From an uncultured Gammaproteobacteria bacterium (GTDB lineage Bacteria > Pseudomonadota > Gammaproteobacteria > PS1 > Pseudothioglobaceae), in assembly GCA_902512485.1 (NCBI GenBank), contig CABXJL010000001.1:5703-69702 (forward strand): a stretch of 64,000 nucleotides of DNA. The letters are read 5' to 3'. Below, in pieces: positions 21,259 through 31,994 of the stretch (position 1 is its first letter; every line of letters starts with the position of its first letter). The notes beneath the pieces were generated by a model. The model ran no database searches. It was not told the origin of the DNA and saw nothing but the letters and a program-made list of their open reading frames with translations. Both the position numbers and the translations under genes were made by a program.

Positions 21259-21891
21259 ATGTCATATAATCCTAAAGATCTTTTCCCCGACCAACAAAAA
21301 GATAATGTTTATATACCAATTGTGTCATTCCTGACATCAATTGTTACAACAATCACAACCAAAACTGCCTGGATTAATTTGCTTGTAATGTTTACAATTT
21401 TGGTCCAGGTTACGCTCCGTTATGGCTTTCATGCTGGTGAGGCATGGGTTGATGAATTTATCTGGCATCTTTATGCTTTCTTTATGTTTGGGCTTTCATA
21501 CGCCATAACAACCGATTCCCACATTAGAGTCGATATAGCCCATATGAATTTCAGCAGAAGGAAACAACGCATTATTGAAGTGCTAGGCATTGTTTTTCTG
21601 ATTATGCCATTTACATTTATTATTTTTGATCATAGCGTTGGCTGGGTGCATCATTCTTTTGTGGCTAAGGAGTTCTCAGAAAATACAACAGGCCTGCCTT
21701 ATCGCTGGGTTGTTAAGTCCCTTTTGCCTATCTCACTGGTGCTGATTTTTATAGCCTCTTTGTCAGAATTAATTAAAAATATTGTCCTTTTGATTCATGG
21801 TGAAAATGTCACAGATAACCATTCAAGCGACAGTACTTCAGCCATTGGTCGCCTGTTTACTCCATCTATTACTAAACACAAGGAAGTTTAA
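21259..21891 (+). CDS. dctQ: TRAP small permease
   Basis: 4 TM helices, HIRVD motif, lies between dctP and dctM. Confidence 0.9.
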   Translation: MSYNPKDLFPDQQKDNVYIPIVSFLTSIVTTITTKTAWINLLVMFTILVQVTLRYGFHAGEAWVDEFIWHLYAFFMFGLSYAITTDSHIRVDIAHMNFSRRKQRIIEVLGIVFLIMPFTFIIFDHSVGWVHHSFVAKEFSENTTGLPYRWVVKSLLPISLVLIFIASLSELIKNIVLLIHGENVTDNHSSDSTSAIGRLFTPSITKHKEV

Positions 21892-21893
21892 TT

Positions 21894-23288
21894 ATGTTTT
21901 TTGAACCAGAATATTGGCTAGTTATTGCAATGTTTGTAACCTTTATTGCGCTAATCTTTACGGGCTTCCCTGTCGCTTGGGTATTAGCCGGTGTTGGCAT
22001 ACTTTTTGCCGGTGTTGGTTATATCACAGATATGCTGAACTGGACTTTTACGGGCCTTAATTACAAAGTCCTTGGAATGCTGCACGGCAGAATATTTGCC
22101 ATTATGTATAACTGGGTGCTGGTTGCTCTGCCTATGTTTATCTTTATGGGACTAATGCTGGAAAAATCTGGCGTAGCGGAACAAATGATGCGCTCTATGC
22201 AAAGATTGTTTGGAAATGTTAAGGGTGGTCTTGCTGTGACGGTTACTCTAATCGGAATTATTCTTGCTGCATCGACTGGAATCATTGGTGCTTCAGTTGT
22301 TTTGCTAGGTTTGATGTCTTTGCCGATTATGCTAAAGCAGAACTACGACAAACCGATTGCGTTGGGAACGATTGCTGCATCTGGCACATTGGGTATCCTA
22401 ATACCGCCCTCGATTATGCTTGTTATTATGGGTGATCAGCTCGCTGTTTCTGTTGTTGATCTATTTATGGGTGCTGTTTTTCCTGGTCTTATTCTAGGCA
22501 TTCTTTACATAGTATATATCTTTATTTTTGGAATCTTTAACCCAGAAAAAGTGCCTTTGGCTGCCGACCATAAACCAATAGGTTTGAAGGATGTATTGAG
22601 AGTAATGATTAATATACTACCCCCCGCGTTTCTTATTCTTGCAGTTCTAGGTTCTATCTTTATGGGTATTGCAACGGTAACTGAAGCTTCCGGTATTGGT
22701 GCTCTTGGATCAATGATTTTGACTATTGCATATAAGCGGTTCAATTTTGCGGTCTTGAAAGATGTTGTACTCAATACAATGAACACTTCTGCCTATATTT
22801 TTGGAATCTTTGTTGGTGCAACAATTTTCGCCCTTGTTTTAAGAGAGTGTGGTGGTGACCAATTTATTGAAGACGGTTTGAATAGTCTTGGGCTAGGTCC
22901 TTATGGTTTGATTATTGCCATACTTTGTATCATATTTCTTCTAGGTTTCTTCCTTGACTGGATTGAAATAAGTTTAATTATCTTACCTTTAATGGGACCA
23001 GTGGTCATGGGACTCGATCTTGCTGTGGACGGTTTTGGTGTTGTCAATAATCCAAATTTGGTTTGGTTTGCTTTATTGGTTGCAGTAACTCTGCAAACCT
23101 CTTTTCTTACACCGCCAGTCGGTTTTGCAATTTTTTATTTAAAGGGTGTCTGCCCACCGGGTATCAAGTTAACAGATATATACAAAGGTGTTGTTCCTTT
23201 TATTATTCTGCAATTAATCGCACTTAGTCTGGTTTTCATTTTCCCAGACCTAGTTACCTGGTTGCCAGCAAAGGTATATGCGCCATAG
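21894..23288 (+). CDS. dctM: TRAP large permease
   Basis: ALPMFIFMG, GTLGILIPPS, SFLTPPVG. Confidence 0.93.
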   Translation: MFFEPEYWLVIAMFVTFIALIFTGFPVAWVLAGVGILFAGVGYITDMLNWTFTGLNYKVLGMLHGRIFAIMYNWVLVALPMFIFMGLMLEKSGVAEQMMRSMQRLFGNVKGGLAVTVTLIGIILAASTGIIGASVVLLGLMSLPIMLKQNYDKPIALGTIAASGTLGILIPPSIMLVIMGDQLAVSVVDLFMGAVFPGLILGILYIVYIFIFGIFNPEKVPLAADHKPIGLKDVLRVMINILPPAFLILAVLGSIFMGIATVTEASGIGALGSMILTIAYKRFNFAVLKDVVLNTMNTSAYIFGIFVGATIFALVLRECGGDQFIEDGLNSLGLGPYGLIIAILCIIFLLGFFLDWIEISLIILPLMGPVVMGLDLAVDGFGVVNNPNLVWFALLVAVTLQTSFLTPPVGFAIFYLKGVCPPGIKLTDIYKGVVPFIILQLIALSLVFIFPDLVTWLPAKVYAP

Positions 23289-24056
23289 TTAATAAAAGTC
23301 CATCGAGTATATATATCTAGCTAGCATTGAAATAGACATTACTACAATTAGAATTCTAATAACTCTTGGATTAGCTTTTAGTAAATAATGAGTTCCGAAA
23401 AAAGAACCAATTAATTGACCTAGCATCATTATTAGTCCAATTAGAAAGGCTATGTGGCCGAAGCTAAAAAATACGATAAATCCAGCGATATTTGATGCAA
23501 AGTTAAGAGGTTTTGCCATGATTGTAGCTTGAATAATTTCAAGTTTTTTAAGCACAACTCCTGTCATAACAAAAAAGGATCCAGCTCCTGGGCCAAACAT
23601 ACCATCATAAAAACCAACTACAGGAATGGCATATTTTTCGAAGTTTTTATTAGATACTGAATCTTGAGTTACTACTTTAGGTTTTGGAGAAATAATAAAA
23701 TAAATTGCAATCACGACTAATACAATAGGTATTACAAATGAAAGAACTTGAGTATCAACGAACTGTACTATCACCCCACCAATTATTGAACCAATGAAAG
23801 ATGCAAGCATTAAGTACTTAATTGATTCCCAATTAAGCTTCTTTTTTCGAAATAGTAAAAAAGTCGCAATACCAGTTCCCATACTGCCTTGAAACTTATT
23901 GGTTCCAAGAACATATATTGGAGGAATGCCACTTAACAATAAAGCAGGAACTGCAAGCAAACCACCGCCTCCAACTAGAGTATCCAGAAAACCTGCCACC
24001 ATCCCAACTATAAATAAAAATAATAAAATTTCATAAGAGAAGTTAGCTAAATCCAT
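23289..24056 (-). CDS. TSUP / TauE-SafE family transporter
   Basis: AGFLDTLVGGGGL, GTNK, GFYDGMFGPGAG. Confidence 0.88.
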   Translation of the reverse strand: MDLANFSYEILLFLFIVGMVAGFLDTLVGGGGLLAVPALLLSGIPPIYVLGTNKFQGSMGTGIATFLLFRKKKLNWESIKYLMLASFIGSIIGGVIVQFVDTQVLSFVIPIVLVVIAIYFIISPKPKVVTQDSVSNKNFEKYAIPVVGFYDGMFGPGAGSFFVMTGVVLKKLEIIQATIMAKPLNFASNIAGFIVFFSFGHIAFLIGLIMMLGQLIGSFFGTHYLLKANPRVIRILIVVMSISMLARYIYSMDFY

Positions 24057-24061
24057 AATAA

Positions 24062-24859
24062 TTAATTACTCCAAATAGTTGGAAACCAATCTTCCCTTAA
24101 GCGTTCTCCATTTTTTTGATTAATATCGGGAAAATTAGGAGAAGTTCTTCCAGGACGCTGTCGATAACGCACATCATCACCAATCAAACGAAAAGAAAGC
24201 GTTCGACTCACCCTACCCACAGTATTGGCATTAGCACTATGTATTGTCTTAAAATTAAAAGCTACAACATCACCCGGCTCAATCGCCCATTGCTTAATTT
24301 CAAAATCACCATTTTCAATATTCGGCAAGTCCATGAATACTTCATCATCTTCATAAAAGCTCTCATTATTAGACCAGCTTGTTGGTCGAATTTCTTTTGA
24401 AAAGGAATGACTTCCAGCAGCACACTTCAATGAGACACTTTGTTCTCTTAATTCAAGTGGCATCCAAAAACTTACGGTTTGAAGACCATCAACACAGTAA
24501 TAAGGCATATCTTGATGCCAGGGAGTAGCAACACCAGAACTTGCTTCTTTATAAAAAAAATGATCATGAAAAAACTGTATTGACTTAGACCCTGTCAAAT
24601 CCGCAGCATAAGAACCTAAAGGTGAATTAAAAACAAAGTCTTGATACTCTGCAATGCGTTGCGAATTACAAAAATCTTCCATAAACTGTCCTTGGTAACT
24701 GTCCTGCTTATGAATTAAGGCACTTTCACTGGGATTATTGATATGAAATTCAGCACCCCTTCTAAGAATTTCAATCCAATCTTTAAAAACACCTCGCAAT
24801 AAAACGACACCGTCATTATTAAAGCTTTTGATTTCAGTTCTAGTAATGGCCTTGGTCAT
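24062..24859 (-). CDS. Phytanoyl-CoA dioxygenase (PhyH)-family Fe(II)/2OG oxygenase
   Basis: TPWHQD (HxD), GSH, PGDVVAF..KTIHSA. Confidence 0.85.
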   Translation of the reverse strand: MTKAITRTEIKSFNNDGVVLLRGVFKDWIEILRRGAEFHINNPSESALIHKQDSYQGQFMEDFCNSQRIAEYQDFVFNSPLGSYAADLTGSKSIQFFHDHFFYKEASSGVATPWHQDMPYYCVDGLQTVSFWMPLELREQSVSLKCAAGSHSFSKEIRPTSWSNNESFYEDDEVFMDLPNIENGDFEIKQWAIEPGDVVAFNFKTIHSANANTVGRVSRTLSFRLIGDDVRYRQRPGRTSPNFPDINQKNGERLREDWFPTIWSN

Positions 24860-25018
24860 ATTCTTTGTTTGAATAATTTAACAATATAAGATCGTTTTTT
24901 ACTAAGCATATGATAATCAGTAAAGTTTTAAATTGAGAAGATAAATACAATAATTTATACACAGTTATAGAATAATCTTAAACAACTGTATTATTACTAT
25001 AATTTTTAGCTTCGTTAA

Positions 25019-25693
25019 TTGATAATGAAACTTTTTTCTCTTGCCTTATCCATCAAAAAAATTCCTAAAGTTACTTGGAGTTCAGAAGATGCCTTCAATC
25101 TAAAGCCTAAACCACTAACCTTAATATTTTTAGTGTTTGGATTGTTTTTGTTTGGGCTAGGAGAGAGCCTCCTTATTACCAGTAGTGCTGGCGTTACTCC
25201 TTACACAGTTCTTGCACAGGGTATTTCAAACCTCTCGGGCTGGTCTATTGGCTTGTCAACCTTCGTTATCAGTATTTTTGTACTATTGATGTGGATTCCG
25301 CTTAAACAAAAACCTGGGATGGGAACCATCCTCAACGCTTTTATTATCGCCTTAACAATTGAATTCTCTATTGATTATTTGCCTTATCCAGAGACTTATC
25401 CGATGCAGATTTTACAAGTTGTAGTTGGCGTCCTTATTATTGGAATTGGTAGCGGATTTTATCTCATAGCAAACCTAGGCGCTGGTCCCAGAGACGGATT
25501 AATGATTGGGTTACAAAAAAAGACCAACTTGCCTATTTATTCAATTCGTACAATCATTGAAGTTAGTGTTGTAATTGTAGGTTGGTTAATGGGAGGTGTT
25601 GTAGGACTGGGAACTGCCATCTTTGCGTTTGGCATAGGTCCATCTGTTTCACTTGGGCTTTCTATAGTTGGCAAAAGCTCAAAAACGATTTAA
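25019..25693 (+). CDS. YczE/YitT-like membrane protein
   Basis: Multi-TM with GVTP, GTILN, LGAGPRDGLM, GGVVGLGT. Confidence 0.8.
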   Translation: MIMKLFSLALSIKKIPKVTWSSEDAFNLKPKPLTLIFLVFGLFLFGLGESLLITSSAGVTPYTVLAQGISNLSGWSIGLSTFVISIFVLLMWIPLKQKPGMGTILNAFIIALTIEFSIDYLPYPETYPMQILQVVVGVLIIGIGSGFYLIANLGAGPRDGLMIGLQKKTNLPIYSIRTIIEVSVVIVGWLMGGVVGLGTAIFAFGIGPSVSLGLSIVGKSSKTI

Positions 25694-25694
25694 T

Positions 25695-26462
25695 TTAGAT
25701 AAAACGAATATCCTCTAAAAACGGAAAATTTTTCCGGGTCTTGGAGACCATTGAAATATCAATATCGCAACTCTCATATTCCGTTGTCTTATCTGTTTGT
25801 AACAACACTTCACCTAAAGGATCAATTACCATTGAAGAGCCGTTGTATTTTAAGCCAACACCGTCTTTACCAATTCGATTAACTCCGACAATGAAGCATT
25901 GATTCTCAATTGCCCTTGCTATTAACAATTTTTGCCAATGCATTTCACGAGTATGTGGCCAATTAGCAACAACAAAAATTACCTCAACCTCTTCAGCAAT
26001 TTGACGAAAAATTTCAGGAAAACGTAAGTCATAGCAAATAAACACTGAACAAGCGACTCCGTCTAATTCAAATTTAATAGTTTCATTACCTGAAGCAAAA
26101 TACTTGCCTTCATTGGCATAATTAAAAGGATGTAATTTTGAGTATTTTGCTACCTCTTTACCGTGACTATCAAACGCAAGAGCAATATTGTGAGCTTTTT
26201 CGTTTGTTTTCTTTTCACTGGAACCAGCAACTATATTAATTTGGTTATTTAATGCAAATTGTTGTAGCGCTTGATAAGTTTTGCCATTCGGAAGTTCAGC
26301 GTACTTACCTACATCAGCAATAAAACCAGTATTAAAGACCTCGGGAAGAACAACGACATCGCAAGCGTCTGCCTTCGCTTGAAGTACGAATTTTTCCACC
26401 CGCTCAAGATTCTTTTCAATATCTTGCCAAACAATATTTAAAGAGATAGTAGCAACTTTCAT
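25695..26462 (-). CDS. Carbon-nitrogen hydrolase (nitrilase superfamily, YafV/omega-amidase-like)
   Basis: Catalytic triad motifs LPEVF, YSKLH, ICYDLRFPE; ARAIENQ. Confidence 0.88.
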   Translation of the reverse strand: MKVATISLNIVWQDIEKNLERVEKFVLQAKADACDVVVLPEVFNTGFIADVGKYAELPNGKTYQALQQFALNNQINIVAGSSEKKTNEKAHNIALAFDSHGKEVAKYSKLHPFNYANEGKYFASGNETIKFELDGVACSVFICYDLRFPEIFRQIAEEVEVIFVVANWPHTREMHWQKLLIARAIENQCFIVGVNRIGKDGVGLKYNGSSMVIDPLGEVLLQTDKTTEYESCDIDISMVSKTRKNFPFLEDIRFI

Positions 26463-26556
26463 CTGTTCTATTAAAAAAACGGTTCATTGAATTATAGACC
26501 AATTAAAAAGCATTCAAAGATGATTAAACAAGACACAAAAGCGATAAAATCAGAGC

Positions 26557-27009
26557 ATGGACAAAATAGTTATTCAAAGAGAGGATTTCGATTTAACAAC
26601 CGAAGTCAGTCATACGCGTAGCAACAACGCCCAGATTGGCGCCATTGTAAGCTTTATCGGTACCGTTAGAGACCTGCACCCTAATTCCATTACCAGTATG
26701 ACGCTTGAACATTATCCAGAGATGACTGAAAAATCACTTAAATCAATAGTCAAAGAGTCGAGAAATCGCTGGAATCTGCAAAACGTCACTATTATTCACC
26801 GCATTGGAAAACTAAAAGTTAATGATCAAATTGTTCTAGTTGTGACAACAAGCGAACACCGTCAAGCGGCTTTTGAATCATGCCATTTTATTATGGATTA
26901 TTTAAAAACAGACGCACCTTTTTGGAAAAAAGAATCGACAGAGCAAAAAGAGGAGTGGGTTGAATCACGAGAAAGTGATAACGAACAAAAAAAACTCTGG
27001 CAGTCCTAA
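26557..27009 (+). CDS. moaE: Molybdopterin synthase catalytic subunit
   Basis: GAIVSFIGTVR, LEHYPEM, HRIG, MDYLKTDAPFWKKE. Confidence 0.95.
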   Translation: MDKIVIQREDFDLTTEVSHTRSNNAQIGAIVSFIGTVRDLHPNSITSMTLEHYPEMTEKSLKSIVKESRNRWNLQNVTIIHRIGKLKVNDQIVLVVTTSEHRQAAFESCHFIMDYLKTDAPFWKKESTEQKEEWVESRESDNEQKKLWQS

Positions 27010-27584
27010 AGATTAAAGTCTTCAGGTCGATTTATATTGGTTAAAACTTCCAAATGACTCGAAACATCTATTCTTTCTATACTCTGTTGACGATACCAAT
27101 GAGCCATCTTGCGACCACCCTCTTCTAAAAAATCTTCCAAACTTTTTTCCAGTTTAGTTTTCATCAGCGCAAATGTTGCATGCATGATCGACCCATCGTG
27201 AGCAACACAAATATCTGCTTTCGATACCTCCATCTTCTCGATCAGTGAATCGATTAGCGAAACATCAACCAAAGGACTATCGCAAGGAAGCACCAAAAGA
27301 TAAGGTGTCGAGCATACTTTTAGCGCCTTAGAGATACCGGCCAAAGGTCCTTGAAAGCCTTTCAAGTCATCTCTAATCACTTTACCGAAATTAACGTATT
27401 CTTCAATATTTCGGTTTGCACTTATAAGAATTTGACTAACTTTAGGTTTAACAACATTAACAACATGAGCTATCAATGGAAGTTCACGAAAAACAATAAG
27501 TCCCTTATCCTCGCCATCCATTCTTGACGCTTTGCCACCTGCTAAAACAACTACTGTTACCTCATTTTTGGAAATTTTTTTCAC
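27006..27584 (-). CDS. mobA: Molybdenum cofactor guanylyltransferase
   Basis: LAGGKASRM..DKG, GPLAG, PCDSP, NINRPED. Confidence 0.93.
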   Translation of the reverse strand: MKKISKNEVTVVVLAGGKASRMDGEDKGLIVFRELPLIAHVVNVVKPKVSQILISANRNIEEYVNFGKVIRDDLKGFQGPLAGISKALKVCSTPYLLVLPCDSPLVDVSLIDSLIEKMEVSKADICVAHDGSIMHATFALMKTKLEKSLEDFLEEGGRKMAHWYRQQSIERIDVSSHLEVLTNINRPEDFNL

Positions 27585-27656
27585 TTAAAGACCATTCATT
27601 TTTCAAGTTAATTATAAGTAGAAAATTTACTTGCAATTGTATAATGCTTAGATTGA

Positions 27657-28940
27657 ATGCTAAAACCATCAAACCTAATGAATAATCAAGCAGTTAACTG
27701 CGACTCTCCTGTTTTTAATCAGTCATTACTGAGTGCTGATGAAGCCTTGGAGTTTTTGCTAGATGCCTCTACTACTCCAGAAAAAAAAGAATCGGTTTCA
27801 CTTGATAATTCACTGGGTAGGATTTTAGCTTGTGATATTCACTCCACAATAAACGTTCCAGGTTTCGATAACAGCGCTATGGATGGTTATGCAATTGCGC
27901 TAAATGATAATCAATTATTACAGAAAAATCTTAGTTTCGATATTGTCGATAGAATTGCTGCAGGCTCGACCGGCAATGAATTGAACAAAGGTTGTGCTGC
28001 AAGAATCTTTACTGGAGCACCAATTCCTAAAGGTGCTAATACCGTTATTATGCAAGAAGAGTGTGAAGTTTCAGAGGATGGAACTCAGATTACTATTACA
28101 AGAGCTATAAAACTAAATGAAAATATTCGACCAACCGGAAACGATATCGTTAAAGACGATGTTATTCTTAGTTCTGGAAAACAAATTCAGCCACAGGATA
28201 TTTCCTTAGCTTCCTCGGTAGGTGTTGGAGAACTCACCGTTTATAAAAAAATCAAGGTTGGAGTGTTTTTTACTGGTGACGAATTAGTTGAGCCAGGTAT
28301 TCCTCTGTCTTCCGGACAAATATACAATTCCAATCGCTATGCTCTTGTCGCTCTTCTTGGGCAAGTTGGCTGTGAAGTTATTAATTTGGGAAATATTGAA
28401 GATAAATTTAGTGCAACTTGCGACGCCTTAGAAGCATTAGAGAGTCAATGCGATTTGATTATGACGACAGGTGGTGTCTCTGTTGGAGAAGAAGATCACG
28501 TTAAACCCGCTGTAGAAAGCCTTGGAGAACTAAATTTATGGAAAATTCGTATGAAACCAGGCAAACCCTTGGCTTATGGAAAAGTAAAACAAACTCCCTT
28601 CATTGGATTGCCTGGCAACCCTGTTTCAAGCTTTGTAACCTTTTGCATATTTTCTTTGCCATTCATAAAAAAAATGCAGGGTAACAATAACTATCAATCT
28701 AAAATAATAAAAGTGAAAGCAAATTTTGAATGTAAACGTGCCAAACCAAGACGTGAGTATGCACGTGCACGTATTGATCACTCAGAAAGTACACCGGTTG
28801 CTAACCTCTATCCTAAACAAGGTTCAGATGTATTAAGCTCAGTAGTTTGGGCTGATGGTCTAGTAGAAATTCCAGAAAACAAAACTTTTGAAGTAGGTGA
28901 GTTGCTCAATTACTATCCTTTAAGTGAGCTAACACGATGA
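27657..28940 (+). CDS. moeA: Molybdopterin molybdotransferase
   Basis: [41 protein letters not shown]. Confidence 0.96.
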   Translation: MLKPSNLMNNQAVNCDSPVFNQSLLSADEALEFLLDASTTPEKKESVSLDNSLGRILACDIHSTINVPGFDNSAMDGYAIALNDNQLLQKNLSFDIVDRIAAGSTGNELNKGCAARIFTGAPIPKGANTVIMQEECEVSEDGTQITITRAIKLNENIRPTGNDIVKDDVILSSGKQIQPQDISLASSVGVGELTVYKKIKVGVFFTGDELVEPGIPLSSGQIYNSNRYALVALLGQVGCEVINLGNIEDKFSATCDALEALESQCDLIMTTGGVSVGEEDHVKPAVESLGELNLWKIRMKPGKPLAYGKVKQTPFIGLPGNPVSSFVTFCIFSLPFIKKMQGNNNYQSKIIKVKANFECKRAKPRREYARARIDHSESTPVANLYPKQGSDVLSSVVWADGLVEIPENKTFEVGELLNYYPLSELTR

Positions 28941-29416
28941 GTAAATTAACCCACATTAACGACAATGGTGACGCCCAAATGGTCGATGTTTCGGATAAAA
29001 ATAACACTGCTCGTGAGGCTAAAGCTGGTGCGGTCGTTCTAATGAAACCAAAAACACTGGAATTGATTGTTTCTGGTTCTCACAAAAAGGGTGATGTACT
29101 TGCTGTTGCCAGAGTCGCTGGTATTCAGGCTGCAAAAAAATGTTCGGAGCTAATTCCACTTTGTCACCCTCTGATGCTTTCCAAAGTTAGCATTGAACTC
29201 ACTCCTAACCTAGAAAAATCCTGTATTGAAATCATAGCGACAGCGAAACTTAATGGTAAAACAGGTGTTGAAATGGAAGCCTTAACTGCGGCAAGTGTTT
29301 CAGCTTTAACTATTTACGATATGTGTAAAGCAGTTGATCGATTTATGAAAATAGATAGCGTTCAATTATTAGAAAAGAAAGGTGGCAAGTCGGGCCATTG
29401 GAAACTGGAATCATGA
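28937..29416 (+). CDS. moaC: Cyclic pyranopterin monophosphate synthase
   Basis: [33 protein letters not shown]. Confidence 0.97.
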   Translation: MSKLTHINDNGDAQMVDVSDKNNTAREAKAGAVVLMKPKTLELIVSGSHKKGDVLAVARVAGIQAAKKCSELIPLCHPLMLSKVSIELTPNLEKSCIEIIATAKLNGKTGVEMEALTAASVSALTIYDMCKAVDRFMKIDSVQLLEKKGGKSGHWKLES

Positions 29417-30408
29417 ATCAAATAATTGATCCCTTTAACCGTCATATTACTTATTTACGGGTCTCAGTAACGGATCATTGCAACTATCGATGTCATTACT
29501 GTCGTGATGAAGACCATCAAACACACACTACGCGTTCTGAAGTTCTTTCTTTTGAAGAAATTGTCAAAATTGTCGGCCTATTTGCCGAACTAGGTGTAAC
29601 AAAAGTTCGACTCACAGGTGGCGAGCCTTTACTCCGTAAAGATATTCTTGACTTGACGAGAATGTTAGGAGATATTCCGGGCTTAACTGACATACCTCTT
29701 TCAACCAACGCCCATCTTCTGTCATCATTGGCTGGAAAACTAAAAAGTCATGGTATTAATAGGGTCAACATTTCAATTGACTCTCTTATTCCTGAGCGTT
29801 TTAAAGAGATTACTCGAGATGGTGACTTAGCGAGAGTTATTAAAGGCATCGATGCAGCAATTGCTGCTGAAATGAGTCCAATTAAACTTAATATGGTAGT
29901 AATGAAAGGTGTCAATGATGAAGAAATTGAGGCAATGATTGATTTTGCAATTTGTCGAGGAGTAGATATTCGTTTCATAGAAACCATGCCTATAGGACTT
30001 GCTGGCATTAAAGCCATTGATAGACACTATAGTGAACAAGAAATTCTTGAAAGAGTTTATAAAAAGTATGGTAACAAGCTTATTGCCAAGAAATCTAGGC
30101 AAACAGACGGTCCTGCCAAAACCATGCTGATTGAAGGAACAAATACAAGTGTTGCAACAATTTCAGCAGTTTCTAATCATTTTTGCGGTAGCTGTAACCG
30201 TGTCAGATTGACCGCTAAAGGAGACTTAATTCTTTGTCTTGGACAGAAAGATTCTGTTTCTCTTCGTGATGCTGTTCGCTCAAAAATGAATAACGCAGAA
30301 ATCAAGAATTTGATTATCAATACCATTACAAAAAAACCAGAGAAGCACTTCTTTAGCTCTAATATTGATAATATCAGCAACCGACAAATGGTGGAGATTG
30401 GTGGATGA
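29413..30408 (+). CDS. moaA: GTP 3',8-cyclase (radical SAM)
   Basis: [23 protein letters not shown]...C, terminal IGG. ATG 29413 overlaps the moaC stop. Confidence 0.96.
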   Translation: MNQIIDPFNRHITYLRVSVTDHCNYRCHYCRDEDHQTHTTRSEVLSFEEIVKIVGLFAELGVTKVRLTGGEPLLRKDILDLTRMLGDIPGLTDIPLSTNAHLLSSLAGKLKSHGINRVNISIDSLIPERFKEITRDGDLARVIKGIDAAIAAEMSPIKLNMVVMKGVNDEEIEAMIDFAICRGVDIRFIETMPIGLAGIKAIDRHYSEQEILERVYKKYGNKLIAKKSRQTDGPAKTMLIEGTNTSVATISAVSNHFCGSCNRVRLTAKGDLILCLGQKDSVSLRDAVRSKMNNAEIKNLIINTITKKPEKHFFSSNIDNISNRQMVEIGG

Positions 30409-30641
30409 AAATTCTCTATTTTGCTTCACTAAAAGAAAATTTAAATACAGCTGATGACGAAATCAATGTTGTATCACCAGTCTCTATTTCATCAATAAAA
30501 AAACAACTGATTGAGAAATATGGTAAACAACACTTTCCTGACAATATCTTGTGCGCAGTCAATCATGAAATGGCCAATGAAAGCACTAAAGTTTGTGAAA
30601 GCGATGAAGTTGCATTTTTTCCACCTGTGACAGGAGGTTAA
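30405..30641 (+). CDS. moaD: Molybdopterin synthase sulfur carrier
   Basis: ILYFA...DEVAFFPPVTGG (C-terminal GG). Confidence 0.95.
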   Translation: MKILYFASLKENLNTADDEINVVSPVSISSIKKQLIEKYGKQHFPDNILCAVNHEMANESTKVCESDEVAFFPPVTGG

Positions 30642-30649
30642 AGGGTTAT

Positions 30650-31180
30650 ATGAGCGAAAATACTATCAAAATTGGATTTCTCACTATTTCAGATAGGGCT
30701 TCTCGTGGCGTTTATGAAGATATTAGCGGTCCTGCGATGCAAGAGTGGATTTCAAAGGCAGTAACAAACCCCTATGAGACAGTTTCAAGAATCATTGAAG
30801 ATGAGCAGCCTGTAATCGAAAAAACCCTTATCGAAATGAGTGATACTCTTGGCTGCAATGTAATTCTTACCACTGGTGGAACTGGTCCAACTACCAGAGA
30901 TGTAACGCCTGAGGCTACCCAATCTGTTTGTGAAAGAATCTTTGATGGTTTTGCCGAGCAAATGAGAAAAGTGTCTCTTCGCACTGTACCGACTGCCATT
31001 CTATCTCGTCAAATTGCTGGAACTAGAGGCAATAGTCTAATTATTAACCTGCCAGGAAAGCCTGTGGCTATTGCTGTATGTCTTAGTGCAGTGTTCTTGG
31101 CAGTGCCTAAATGCCTAGAGTTACTAGATAATTCAAAGTTGCAAATAAATAGAGATTTTGTCGAGAAAGATTTTAGTTAG
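30650..31180 (+). CDS. mog: Molybdopterin adenylyltransferase
   Basis: SDRASRGVYEDISGP, TTGGTGP..RDVTPEAT, AILSRQ, NLPGKP. Confidence 0.95.
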   Translation: MSENTIKIGFLTISDRASRGVYEDISGPAMQEWISKAVTNPYETVSRIIEDEQPVIEKTLIEMSDTLGCNVILTTGGTGPTTRDVTPEATQSVCERIFDGFAEQMRKVSLRTVPTAILSRQIAGTRGNSLIINLPGKPVAIAVCLSAVFLAVPKCLELLDNSKLQINRDFVEKDFS

Positions 31181-31200
31181 AGTTTTTCTCTAAATTATAA

Positions 31201-31295
31201 GCGCAGCATAAGGAGTGTCTTGATTGCTTCAGCAATGAGAAAATAACCATAAAATCCAAATTACATTTGATGTGTGAGGGAGGGTTTATTAATGT
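31201..31295 (+). repeat. Island-boundary repeat, copy 1 (intact)
   Basis: 31201-31276 aligns with 54206-54281 (GTCTTGATTGCTTCAGCAATRAGAAAATAACCA...TTTGATGTGTG). 31268-31295 aligns with 54634-54660 (TGATGTGTGAGGGAGGG(T)TTATTAATGT). Confidence 0.85.
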
Positions 31296-31471
31296 AGTGG
31301 CAAAACTATCTTTACAATAGTGCCTTTTTTAGAGGATTCAATCAACAAAGACCCATCATGAAGTTCAATAATTTTTTTGGCGATTGCTAGCCCAAGTCCT
31401 GAGCCAATATCTGGGACATCGCTGCCTCGAGTAAACCTGTCGAATAGTTTTGGTATCTTGCAATCATCAAT
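31289..31471 (-). pseudogene. C-terminal remnant of a sensor histidine kinase (HATPase_c)
   Basis: Hand translation: IDDCKIPKLFDRFTRGSDVPDIGSGLGLAIAKKIIELHDGSLLIESSKKGTIVKIVLPLH* (F box and G2 box). In-frame stop just upstream, no start codon or N-terminal domains. Confidence 0.8.
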
Positions 31472-31558
31472 AACACAGGCAGGAGAATTGCCTTAATCAG
31501 TAAAAAAATCACTTTAATTAGAATGACTTATAAAGGAGTCGATTGCAAGATGCCAAAA

Positions 31559-31966
31559 CTATCCATAATGATTCATTAAATCAGCAATTCTCTTTAAAAA
31601 AATTGCGTGTTCACAAGCTTCCTCTGATGAATAAACTTCGTCCAGCATTTCTACCGGCTTTCCACGAATTCCAGATGCAATACCTATCTTGTATTGCTCA
31701 AACATACGGATACAAACACTAACATACTTTCCAGCCATAGGAGCCCTTCTCATCTTGTCTAGTATCGTTCTAAGTTCATGGCTATGCTCAACTGCTGCGC
31801 GTCCATTAGTTGGTGCGTTACCAACTGGACTATTTCTATGTTCAGCAATTAAACGACGACGAGATTCATCGTCGAATAACAGTGGCATCACATACGTTCT
31901 AGTAATATAGTCATCAGTTTCAGTATGTGATACATTCTCTATAACACCTTTAGTTTTATCTAACAT
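31559..31966 (-). CDS. dmfA1: N,N-dimethylformamidase small subunit homologue
   Basis: IAEHRNSPVG...HSHEL...RAPMAGKY...YSSEEACEHAIFLKRIADL parallels the Paracoccus DMFase small subunit as recalled (EEHAANPFG...QPTFGKY...TEEEAMHAVFLRRIED). Adjacent to the large subunit. Confidence 0.8.
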   Translation of the reverse strand: MLDKTKGVIENVSHTETDDYITRTYVMPLLFDDESRRRLIAEHRNSPVGNAPTNGRAAVEHSHELRTILDKMRRAPMAGKYVSVCIRMFEQYKIGIASGIRGKPVEMLDEVYSSEEACEHAIFLKRIADLMNHYG

Positions 31967-31994
31967 TATTTAATCCTCATTATTTCATTTATTA

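Noticed and set aside
31201-31295. Repeat as an IS/MITE end, tRNA att site or small CDS
   Set aside because: No terminal inverted repeats, transposase or tRNA fold. The open frame through it has no credible start and its substitutions are not biased to synonymous sites.
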